A stretch of DNA of 64,000 nucleotides from Octopus vulgaris (lineage: Eukaryota), in contig OX597817.1 of NCBI GenBank assembly GCA_951406725.2, positions 26,722,001 through 26,786,000 of the forward strand. The letters are read 5' to 3'. The position numbers were made by a program, and so were the translations under genes. The notes beneath the pieces are model-generated. The model was not told the DNA's origin. It did no database searches and saw only the letters and a list, made by a program, of their open reading frames with translations. The first letter of the stretch is position 1; each line of letters begins with the position of its first letter. Below are positions 11,899 to 23,523 of this stretch, one piece after another.

Positions 11899-12110
11899 CT
11901 GAAATTCAGTTCAATTAGGTACATAAGTTGAAGCACCAAGTCAGTACAGTATTATCTGCCCAGTTCAAAGTAAGGTGAATAAAATCAAAATAAGCAACAG
12001 GATATCAAGAAGTGATTCTGTACGACCGTTTCAAGCAGCTCTATTTAATTGAACAATGCAGTCATTACATCAATTTAAATGCCGGGCAATCATCAGCTGC
12101 ACAAATAATA
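11899..12110 (-). mobile_element. Solo Penelope-like terminal fragment with hammerhead (12018-12099)
   Basis: Minus strand: CUGAUGA, long stem II, GAAAC-GGUC-GUA, then CTGTTGCTTATTTTGATT as in 19088-19137; ends in (TA)n. Confidence 0.55.
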
Positions 12111-12370
12111 GATGTTAAATGACGATGATGATGATGCACACACACATATCTATGTATGTTTTTGTGTCTGTGTCTGTCTTTTACCACCACTTGACAACCA
12201 GTGTTGGTGTGTTTATGACCTGATGATTTAGCAGTTAGGTAAATGAGAATGATAGAATAAGTATCAAGCTTAAGATGTATAAATACTGGTTTTGAGTCAT
12301 GTGACTAAAATTCTGCATGATCATACCCCAGCATTACCCCAGTCAAATTACTGGAACAAGTAGAAAAAAA

Positions 12371-12881
12371 GTAGCTTGCTTACAAACCACATGGTTCCGG
12401 GTTCAGTTCCACTGTGTGGCACCTTGGGCAAGTGTCTTCTACTATAGCCTTGGGCCGACAAAAGCCTTGTGAGTGGATTTGGTAGACGGAAAATGAAAGA
12501 AGCCCATCGTATATATGTATATATGTATGTGTGTGTGTATGTATTTGTATGTATGTGTTTGTCCCCCCAACATCGCTTGACAACTAAATAGTTATTTTAA
12601 AGATACATATGTAAAATGTGTGTGTATGAGTGTGTATATTCTCATTTTTCATCTTTTTTTCCAATCCTGCCAAACCATTCCTTTCATGCCAGCATGAAAA
12701 ATGGACATAAAATGATGATATACACACTCACATATATGTACATAGAAACATACACACTTTTACATATATACACACAATTACACACACACTCATATATATA
12801 TATATTGTGAGAGGGAGCGATACCTTTTTTACATATGTATATATACATATGTATATTTATATATATATATGTGTGCGTGCG

Positions 12882-12919
<38 letters not shown>

Positions 12920-13030
12920 TAACTTACTAAGCTTACAAAGAATAAGTCCTGGGGGCAATTTGCTCGACTAAAGGTGGTGCTCTAGCATGGCCACAGTCAA
13001 ATGACTGAAACAAGTAAGAGAGTAAAGAGT
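12371..13030 (+). mobile_element. SINE family A interrupted by a ~330-bp templated insertion (12584-12915)
   Basis: 5' part runs to TTGACAAC (12585); 3' part resumes at ~12925 (GCTTACAAAGAATAAGTCC..AAGAG). Confidence 0.75.
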
Positions 13031-13240
13031 GAAGAGAGAGAAGATATTACAGATATCCCTTGAAATCAAGGACTACTTGGTAGCATGTACCATGCATTTG
13101 CTCAGTGTTTTCAGTGACTTTGTAGTTGCCAGAAGACATAGGCATACTCTCGGCCCTCTCACTCTTGTACCAATAGATCACATTCAGAAAGGGACAGCCA
13201 GTAAGACTACTTACTTATATATATATATATATACATATAT

Positions 13241-13405
13241 ACGACGGGCTCCTTTCAGTTTCCGTCTACCAAATCCACTCACAAGGCTTTGGTCGGCCCG
13301 AGGCTATAGTAGAAGACACTTGCCCAAGGTGCCATGCAGTGGGACTGAACCCGGAACCATGTGGTTCGTAAGCAAGCTACTTACCACACAGCCACTCCTA
13401 CGCCT
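13241..13405 (-). mobile_element. SINE family A, 5' half
   Basis: Reverse complement of the AGGCG(C/T)AGGAGTGGCTGTGTGGTAAG head. Confidence 0.85.
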
Positions 13406-13609
13406 ACAAAGTTTAGTTTCTCTACATACTGAAATCTTATCTTAACAGGGTCAAACTTTTGTTTCTCATTAATTAGGGTTTACAAGAATACCAGGGACTA
13501 ATCTACTGGAATGATTAGATCAGTTATATGCCTCATCAGGCTACAATTTGTTATCAGTCTTCTTGAACATGACAAAACTTGAGTTGTGGTTTTTTTTCCC
13601 CGACAAGCA

Positions 13610-13708
13610 GGAGTAGTAGCAGCTGCAGAAGTTTTAGTAGTAGTGGTTCTGGTGGCAGTGGTACCAGCAGCAGCAGCAGTAGTAGTGGTGGTGGTGGTGG
13701 TACCAGCT

Positions 13709-13751
<43 letters not shown>

Positions 13752-14140
13752 TAGTAGCAACAGCAGCAGCAGAAGTAGTAGTAGTAGTAGTAGTAGTTGT
13801 AGTCGTAGTAGTCGTTGTCGTAGTAGTCATAGTAGTCATAGTCATAGTCGTCGTCGTCGTCGTAGTAGTAGTGGTAGTAGTAGCAACAGAAGCAGCAGAA
13901 ATAGTAGTAGTAGTAGTAGTAGTAGTAGTCGTAGTAGTAGTCATAGTCGTCGTCGTCGTCGTAGTTGTAGTAGTAGTAGTAGTGGTAGTAGTAGCAACAG
14001 CAGCAGAAGTAGTAGTAGTAGTATTAGTAGTAGTAGTTGTAGTTGTAGTAGTCATCGTCGTAGTAGTCATAGTAGTCATAGTCGTCATCGTCGTCGTCGT
14101 CGTCGTAGTAGTAGTAGTGGTAGAGATGGCAGCAGCAACC
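13610..14140. repeat. Compound (AGT/GTC/GCA)n trinucleotide microsatellite with higher-order units
   Basis: (GTA)n runs punctuated by GTGGTAGTAGTAGCAACAG(C/A)AGCAG at ~13745, ~13871 and ~13982. Confidence 0.9.
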
Positions 14141-14939
14141 TCAGTGTTAACAGTAATATTGCAGTTGTTACCTGTTTGTGTTTGTTGTTTGAATATTTCC
14201 CTTCCAAGATACGTTTTATTTTTACTTCTTGTTTTGTTTTTTTTTTTTTGTTTTTTGTTATTTTTCATTTGGTTTTCTTAAAACTCTTTCAGCTGCAGCA
14301 GGACGACGACTGATGATGATTGTGTCTACATATTCTATTGATTTCACTATTCAATACAAACTATTTCTATGCATAATTAAATATATTAAGCTTGCATTAA
14401 GAAGAAAGAAAATAAATAAAAGTAAAGGATAATGGTGATGATGACGACGACGACGACGATGATGATGATGATGATGATGATGGTAACGACTACGATGATG
14501 ATGATGATGAAATGGACAAGAAGGAAAGCTATCAAACTTGTTTACAAGATATGTTAATTAGACTCAATTTTTATAGATATATTGAAACTTAATTTCAAAT
14601 CTCTTCAAAACAGGAGAAACTATTTTTTAAATTTTTTATCTAAAGCTCTTTTTTATTTTAATGTGCATATTTTAAACATTTGCCTTATTATTTAATAGAA
14701 TTCTTTTTAAGGGCAGTTGATAGTAGAATTGGTTGAATGCTGAATACAGTAGCAGCCACTGTTTATTACAATTTCCATCTCTTCAAAATCCCGTGTTCAA
14801 AATCAACCAAAGTTCACTTTTTAACATTCATATTTCCTTAGTTGCTGTTGTGTAGCCCTAGGTCAGTCATAAGATCAAAGGTATCCCTGCTATAATCATT
14901 TCCACTTATTTTCCAGCATAGCATATCCAAAAACTGTAT

Positions 14940-15360
14940 AGGCGCAGGAGTGGCAGTGTGGTAAGTAGCTTGCTAACCAACCACATGGTTCCGGGTTCAG
15001 TCCCACTGTGTGGCATCTTGGGCAAGTGTCTTCTGCTATAGCTCCGGACCGACCAATGCCTTGTGAGTGGATTTGGTAGACAGAAACTGAAAGAAGCCTG
15101 TCATATATATGTATATATATATATATATAAGTGTGTGTGTATATGTTTGTGTGTCTATGTTTGTCCCCCTAGCATTGCTTGACAACCGATGCTGGTGTAT
15201 TTACGTCCCCGTCACTTAGCGGTTCAGCAAAAGAGACTGATAGAATAAGTACTAGGCTTACAAAGAATAAGTCCTGGGGTCAATTTGCTCGACTAAAGGC
15301 GGTGCTCCAGCATGGCCGCAGTCAAATGACTGAAACAAGTAAAAGAGAGAGTAAAAGAGT
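14940..15360 (+). mobile_element. SINE family A, full length
   Basis: tRNA-like head, CCTTGGGCAAGTG-like core, internal (TA)(TG) microsatellite, 3' CAGCATGGCCGCAGTCAAATGACTGAAACAAGTAAAAGAG tail. Confidence 0.9.
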
Positions 15361-15974
15361 AATCCAATGCCCCCCCTCTCCATTTTATTAAGTCAATAGA
15401 ATGTGATTTGGGGGGGGATTTCACTACTATTTTTGGAAGTTCCAGTATCCACACAGAAGTTACCTCGTTAAGATAAATGCTAGTTAAATTGGAAAGATAT
15501 TTAAAATTTTATGGCCTTATGACAAATTTAGATGTTGATATTGAACGGTCTCACATTAGTAGAAGACACTTGCCCAAGGTGGCATGCAGTGGGACTGAAC
15601 CCGGAACCATGTGGTTGGTAAGCAAGCTACTTACCAGACAGCCACTCCTACGCCTATAGCCTCAATAATAATGATAATGATGAGCTTACTGTACATAGTA
15701 CTCACATGCACTGTAACTCATCAGAAAATGTTAAAAAAAGAGGGGACAGAAAGCAAACAAGTAAAGAAAGACAGTAATGAAAGCTGCTATTACATGGACA
15801 ACACACAGATTAAAACGTTGAAAGACAGAACAGTGAACATTAAGAAAATCATAAAGAGAAAAGAGTACATAGGCACATGAGGAGTAATCTTAGGGCAATT
15901 TTGGGAAGCATGGAAGTTTTGAAGGATGCAAAACCTTGACAGTTTATTTCAGGCTTTGACAATAAAAAAATTAA

Positions 15975-16396
15975 TGTGCCCTTTTATAGCCTAGCCAGGC
16001 TCATGGGCCCGGTTTCCAGGTTTCAATGGCATATGTGTTCCCCAGCTGGACGGGATGCCAGTCCATCACAGCATTATTTGCCAGCTGAGTGGACTGGAGC
16101 AATGTGAAATGAAGTTAAGTTTAGTTAATTTTTTGGCTCAAAAAGCAAAAAGCAAGGCCATGTAGGGGGACATGGAGTTATGTACATGGTGGTGTTCATG
16201 CAAAGAGTTCAGGCCATTTGTGGTCAAGGGAGACTTTGAACCGAGCGGTCATCAGCATCTTCACTATCTTGTCCGGCAGCTTATTCCACGGAAGTGTTTT
16301 GCTCAAGAACACAACGCGTCGCCCAGTCCAGGAATCAAAACCACAATCTTACAATCATGATGCTCACACCCTAATCACTAAGCCATGTGCCTCCAT
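15975..16396 (-). mobile_element. tRNA-derived SINE, family C, with internal insertion (~16115-16290)
   Basis: Matches 34250-34503; head on minus strand GGAGGCACATGGCTTAGTGATTAGGG. Confidence 0.65.
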
Positions 16397-17044
16397 GGTT
16401 TGACAACAGTGAGCATGAAAAGCTTCTTTGAAAATCATGGGTGTGGTTCTGTTTAAGTATAACAGTAGCAAAGTTATTTCCAAACAAGTAAACTTTCATA
16501 TACGAGCCAAAAAACAACTCATTAATGATGAGCTACTGACATCCTGTGATTCTCAAGTGATATCCGTTTTTGAGTCTATTAATATAGTGTTCTGATATCT
16601 GCAATGGTGCAGCACACATAAGTAACAAAAATATCGAAAACAAGTGTGATGATGCATGGTAGTGAAAGATTGGTATTTAATTTAGTGGACATGCAGGGAC
16701 TGGAAGAATTGTAAAGAGTATGCTCTACTGGATGTGTGATGATAAGAGTGGGATGTAAGACAGGCCACAACTTGAGGGATAAAGTTGGGTATAAGAGAAA
16801 TTGGATGTGATATGCAGCAGTGGAAACTGCCCTTGGTGCAGGTAAGTGATGCATATGGAGGTTGAGCATTGGGTAGTGATGTATTTGGAGATCCAAGGAA
16901 GCTGAGGAAGGTATGGGTAGTAGTGCTAAAAGTAGGGCTAAGGTTGTTGTTGAAGCTCGTAAAGGTGACAATAAGAAACAGCTATAAGTGAAGAAATGTA
17001 GAGATCCAACCAAACACATGCAAATAGGAAGACGTAGAAATAAA

Positions 17045-17290
17045 TGATGATGGTGGTGGCGGCGGCGACGGCAGTGGTGGTGGTGGTGGCGGCAGCGGCG
17101 GCGGTGGTGGTGGTGGTAGTAATGGTGGTGGTGGTGGTGGTGGCGGTGGTGGTGGTGGCGGCAGCGGTGGTGGTGGTGGTAGTAATGGTGGTGGTGGTGG
17201 TGGTGGTGGTGGTGGTGTCGGTGGTGGTAATGGTGGTGGTGGTGGTGGTGGTGGTGGTGGTGGTGGTGATGATGATGATGATGATGAGTA
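17045..17290 (+). repeat. (GGT/GGC/GAT)n microsatellite
   Basis: Directly visible. Confidence 0.95.
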
Positions 17291-18972
17291 TTTTCTACTG
17301 TAGCCCTTGGCTGACCAATCTTTATAAGTGAATTTGGTAGACAGAAACAGCAAGAACCCTATTGTGTGTGTGTGTGTGTGCGTGCACAAATGTGTGTTGA
17401 ACATTGTTATCCTATGCTATGTTTAAGCAAAAGAGTGATGTTGTTGATATTTCTTATTGATATTATGGCCTGTCACTTTGTGCTTTGAAAGTCTCTGTAA
17501 AAAAATAAAACCTTTACTTGAAAAACAAGTAAGGATTGGTGATAGTAAGAGCATCAACGTGTAAATCCTGATTCAAATAACTCTTCATCTAATCCATGTT
17601 TGTGTAGAAAAACAGACATTAACCCTTTAGTGTTCAGATTAATTTGTCAAATGTAATGCTTATCTGTTCACATTAACTTTGATTTATTCAGGTTCAAGTG
17701 GGGTGTTCACAATATTTTTTTTGTAACCTTGTTAATTTTCTACATACAGATTTGAAACTTTGTAAATGGGTGCTTATATGCCAGTGGTTTATAATTATGT
17801 AATTTTAGCTGATCTTTCTGACTAAATTTGACTTTTATGGGCAGGTGAATTTAATTAACAGGTGTAAAAACAATAACATTATGAATAAACACTAAAATTC
17901 ATATTCTTAATACATCTTACCTGTTTGGTTTGCTGCTAAAATTATCCCAGATGTCAACTGCCAACAATTTTACATTTTTCAAGGTGAGGTACATTAACTT
18001 GAATTAATTAAAATACAGGTGTAATCGGTAGAAGATTTTACTTGTTTTCTATATTTCATTCAAACGTCATCATTGACTATGTAGTCTTTCATTTCAAATC
18101 CACTTTTCTAATCTTTGTATGCTTGCATGTGTGTGCGTATATGCCTGTGTATATAAACCATAAAAAGCCAGAAAGTATGAGCGGTGGATACATTTATTTA
18201 ACCACTTCATTATGGCCATTTCATAATCTTTTTTATGCAATAAATTCAATGAGGTTGAAATTATGCTTACATGTTTACATTAATATGTATGCTTTGCAAA
18301 TCACTGCAAATAAGAAAATCTTCACAAATCTCAACAAACAAGAAAAGCTAGAACATTATGGTTATACTAATGATTCAAATTTAAGTATACACACAAAATT
18401 TTCTCTTTATATTTACGATGTATGGGAGGCTGGGACTACATTAAATCAGCTTTGTTCGGTCAGTAAAAATGAAGATAGGTTGTTTCATATAAATTAAGAA
18501 ATTAAGATTCTAGATGATAAAAAGAGGAAGTGAAGTAGTTAAAGTAAATATAAAAATAAATAAGCATGTAAAAATATATATAAAAAGATAGTACAAATGA
18601 ATAAAATGGGGAACAGATATATGCATTGTGTGTGTATGTATAACAGTAGCAAAGTTATTTCCAAACAAGTAGATCTAGTTATATGTTTTAAAAAACATAT
18701 TTTATCTTTTATTTATAATTTGGTTTATGTCTAGCATTGTTTTAATTGCATAATAGTGGTTTTACTCTAATTTATATATTATATATTTATATTGTGAAAT
18801 TTCATTTCATACTAAATTGAATTTTTCCCTGTAAGTTTGGAGTTATACTCCCTAATATTATTATTGTTATTTTATATATATATATATATATATAGATTCA
18901 AATGAATATGGTACTAAATTTAGATGCACCAGAATTCTGTATGGAGTTATCCATATAAATCCGTGGGGTGAT

Positions 18973-19236
<264 letters not shown>

Positions 19237-19705
19237 ATATTTTGCATATATACTTTGAATTGAATCATTCCTGTAATTGTGATATTCTGGTGACCTGATG
19301 AGCTAGCTTGCATTGATCAGTGAATATAAAATTGTATTGTGTAATGTCAAGTATGAATATTAATGCAAACCTGTAAGCATAATTTATTCCACACAGAAAT
19401 TAGTTCTATATAAAGAAGGTTGTGAAATGGCCATAATCCTAAGGATGTCAAGTGGTTAATTAAATATATTCACCTCTCATACGTTTTGACTTTTTATGGC
19501 TTATATACTCCACATGAAATAATTTCATTGATCAGATCTACTGGATTCCAGCTGCATGGACATTCTACTTCCTGCTTCTCTGTACTAGATTACTATGTGG
19601 ACTGTTAGTTGAGTCAGTAAGCAGAGCCTTCTGCGATAGCCACAAAATGCTCCGAATCTATCTCTTATACTACTCACTCATGTATATATATATATATATA
19701 TATAT

Positions 19706-19933
19706 AGGCGCAGGAGTGGCTGTGTGGTAAGTAGCTTGCTAACCAATCGGTTTGGTTCCGGGTTCAGTCCCACTGCGTGGCATCTTGGGCAAGTGTCTTC
19801 TGCTATAGCCTCGGGCCGACCAATGCCTTGTGAGTGGATTTGGTAGACGGAAACTGAAAGAAGCCTGTCGTATATATGTATATATATGTATGTGTGTGTA
19901 TGTATTTGTGTGTCTGTATTTGTCTCCCTAGCA
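19706..19933 (+). mobile_element. SINE family A, 5' part, truncated at a Helitron fragment
   Basis: Family A head and core. Confidence 0.85.
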
Positions 19934-20185
19934 TTTTTAGAGAGTTACTTCCCTTATATATGCCAAAAATGCATTAAAAATGGGAAAAATTGATGGTAAT
20001 TTTTTTTTTAAATCGTAGACTCATTGTAGACACGCGCTAATACCCAGAAGGTATATGAATCACGATATGAATCATGACTATAAGATACCCGGTTTGGGTT
20101 AAACTGCACCGCAAAATGTGGGAGTAGTTAGGAATCTAAATCGTAGGAGACAGACAGCACACAACCTTACTTTTATATATAAAGA
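19931..20185 (-). mobile_element. Non-autonomous Helitron, 5' portion (same family as 59739-60133)
   Basis: Minus strand begins A|TCTTTATATATAAAAGTAAGGTTGTGTGCTGTCTG and is colinear with 59739-59990. Confidence 0.8.
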
Positions 20186-20251
20186 TATATTAGCACTTGC
20201 ATTGGTGGATTCTTCAATCTGAAGATTCCACCAATGCAAGTGCTAATATAT
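20185..20251. repeat. 32-bp-arm hairpin with 3-nt loop (ATC)
   Basis: ATATATTAGCACTTGCATTGGTGGATTCTTCA-ATC-TGAAGATTCCACCAATGCAAGTGCTAATATAT, one mismatch. Confidence 0.95.
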
Positions 20252-20254
20252 GAT

Positions 20255-21351
20255 TTATGAAAACTCCTGCAGCACTGTTCTGATGTCATCTACAGAATTC
20301 ATATATTTTCTGTCCAAATAATTTTGAAGACTGCAGAATAAATGATAATCAGATGGGGCAATGTCAGGCAAATATGGTGGGTGGGGCATAGTCTCCCAAT
20401 CAAACTGTTCCAGCTTTTAGAATGTCATCCTCGCTGTATGTGGCTGAGCATTATCCTGATGGAAGAACACCTTTCGTCTTCAAGCCAAAGACAGTCATTT
20501 TGCTTCTAGTGCTGACTTAAGCCACTCAATCTGCTTACAGTAGATCTCCTTTGTTATAGTTTCATTTTGGTTTAAAAGTGCAAAATGGATTAACTCTTTC
20601 TTATCCCACCAAATAGATAACACCTTACATGGGTGAAATCCTTTAGCCTGGCGTGCCAGTGTTTCTCTTTTCACTACCCACAGTCTTCAGCATTTGACAT
20701 TTATACAGAGAACCCATTTCTCATCACCAGTCATGATCCGGTCCAAAAAAGGTTCATTCGTGAGACATGAGAGCAAAGAAGACCATTCATTCACTCTCTA
20801 CATGTGATTAGACTCGAAAAGTTTGTGAAGAAACCATTGACCCAATTTTCTCACTGTGCAGATGTCGATGAATAGTTGAATAACAAAATCCAAGCTTCTC
20901 TGCTAGTTACTCAACAGTTACAATGGGATTTTGTTCCTCCAGGCCTTGCAAGATATCCTCATCAAGCTCTACAGATCTTCCAGGATAAGGATCGTCTTCT
21001 AGGCTGTACTTTCTGGCTTGGAATTTCTGGAACCACTGTTGACACTGGCTTACGCTTATTGTTTGATCCTCATATCCTGCATTAATATTCCTTGCACTTT
21101 CTGTTGCATTGTTACCTTTATTAAACTCATAAAGCAAAATATGCTGAATATATTCCTTTATCACTTCCATTAAAGCTTTGAAAAAATAACAGTTAAAATC
21201 GAACTGCACTCTTCAAAACTTAAACCAAGTATAAAGACAAGGTAAAATTACAACTTTCTTTTATAGCAGGTTGATGCAGGTAGATTATCCCGTTCTCCAA
21301 CTTTTAGTTCATGCAATTGAAAAAAACTGCCTTATTCATGGGATGACCCAA
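20255..21351 (-). mobile_element. Degenerate mariner (Tc1/mariner, DD34D-type) transposon, 3' end missing
   Basis: TA|TTGGGTCATCCCATGAATAAGG TIR-like end. HTH region ILLYEFNKGNNATESARNI..WFQKF..LEDDPYPGR (ORF 20907..21209). Fragments DRIMTGDEKWV, HQDNAQPH, HPPYLPDIAPSDYHLF. Confidence 0.88.
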
Positions 21352-22006
21352 TATTTATTTATAATGAATCTTGCATGATCAAATCCTATATCACTTTTAT
21401 GTAATATAAACTAACAGTGTACCAGTGCAGCAACTGTAGTTTTCTTTTTCTTTACCTCATTTTTTCACTTTTACACTATTAGCAGTAACAAAGTTTGTTA
21501 TCTTTAGGGAATAAAACTATCCACATAACATCACTTTCAGGTAGTCAATGTGCAAACAACAAATCTCACTGCTGGCAAGTTTTCTCAGAGTGCAAAGGAA
21601 AAACTAATATATTTTTTTTCTTATATAAATCTTTCATCGTATACCGCTTCATAATCATAAGTACCATCAACATGATGTAATATATACATACATGTGAGTA
21701 AATATGTTTGTGTGTGTATGTGTGTGTGTGAATGTATGAGTGTTGCTTATAAAGATTGATTATATCTCCAACAAGGATATGATCATATGTGTTTAATCAG
21801 CTTCGTTCTACCATATTTGGCTACTGCAAATAACAATTATAATAATCATCAAAATCCCATTTATCTTTCTACCTGCATCTTTCTCTGTATATTTCTCAGT
21901 TTCTCGATGTCTATGTTTATATATTTTTACACGTGCACACACATGCATAGGTTAGATGATGCACATGCCACATATCCCACATATATGGATAAATGTGTGC
22001 ATATAA

Positions 22007-22108
<102 letters not shown>

Positions 22109-22325
22109 GCACGCCTTCATCCATATATTCATTCATATATAAGATATACATATATGTTTATGTATGTATGTATATATAGATACACAAATGCATGCATGTA
22201 TATGTATCTCTAGCTATTTCTATATACATATATATACATAGACACTCACACACACACACATATATATATATATATACAAATACAAATACACACATATATA
22301 CATATATACACATTTACATATGTAC

Positions 22326-22356
<31 letters not shown>

Positions 22357-22383
22357 CATATATACATACATGCATACACATAA

Positions 22384-22434
<51 letters not shown>

Positions 22435-22626
22435 TGAATTTGTAATATTTGTGATAATAAATAGCCAGGAAACAAAGTCTAAGATTATGTAAATCTGTTT
22501 ATGCTTTTTGAAACATACAGTCAAGTACAAAACACGCATGAGGAAGAAGAAAAAAGCGATGGAAAAAGGATTGTAGATGCAGCAATGAGCTAATTATTTA
22601 TCCTGCATCCAACTATATTTACTCAC

Positions 22627-22643
22627 TTTTTCCCTGGCAGCTA
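22627..22643 (-). other. Candidate 17-nt microexon of an unidentified minus-strand gene
   Basis: Minus strand: CTC(T)nATCTTGTTTCAG|TAGCTGCCAGGGAAAAA|GTGAGT. Splice signals only. Confidence 0.3.
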
Positions 22644-23184
22644 CTGAAACAAGATAAAAAAAAAAAAGAGAAATTACAAACTGATATCTCGTTGGTTGAG
22701 AAATGCCACTTTATAATTATCCAACCTTCACAGGTAATTTGCAAAACAAATATTGGAGGACAATATATTCAATAGAAAGAAGATTCAATTTCCTATATTG
22801 AACACATGTCTTATTTTTGATATTGGAGGTTACACGTGTAGTGAAGTAAACCAGGCGTTCATTTATTGTGCATCTGCCAATCTCCCACCATATCCTAGTG
22901 GCCACAGTATCATATAATCTTTGGCCAAATACATTTACTTTCATAAGTTAAAATCATGAGTTTCACCATTTTCCATTGAAATCTAACAAGACTACATTTC
23001 CTCTGAAGTCTATTCAGGGTAATAGATTTCGTTGTGCTTCTTGCTTAATATCACTTCTCACAAACAGTACGCAAGCATATGTTTACATATACACTCTTAT
23101 GTCATCTATTCCCCCATTCAAACCTGTATTGATAAATCTCTCTCCCTCATTCAATATATATGCACGTGTGTGTTACTAATCTGT

Positions 23185-23257
<73 letters not shown>

Positions 23258-23314
23258 TGCACACATATATAAACACAAACACACATTATATATATATGTA
23301 TGTATATACATATG

Positions 23315-23402
<88 letters not shown>

Positions 23403-23489
23403 TATGCATGCATGTGTGTGTTTATGTGTGCACCCAACCTATATCAATATGAGAAATGGACATTAAATGATGATGTATATATGAATGCC

Positions 23490-23523
<34 letters not shown>

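Noticed and set aside
16982-17404. Polyproline ORF (formin/extensin-like)
   Set aside because: Reverse translation of a (GGT)n microsatellite adjoining a SINE remnant.
19285-19345. CTGATGA..GAAT possible hammerhead (similar weak cases at 62477-62535 and 46520-46590)
   Set aside because: Stems I and III or GAAA could not be formed convincingly.
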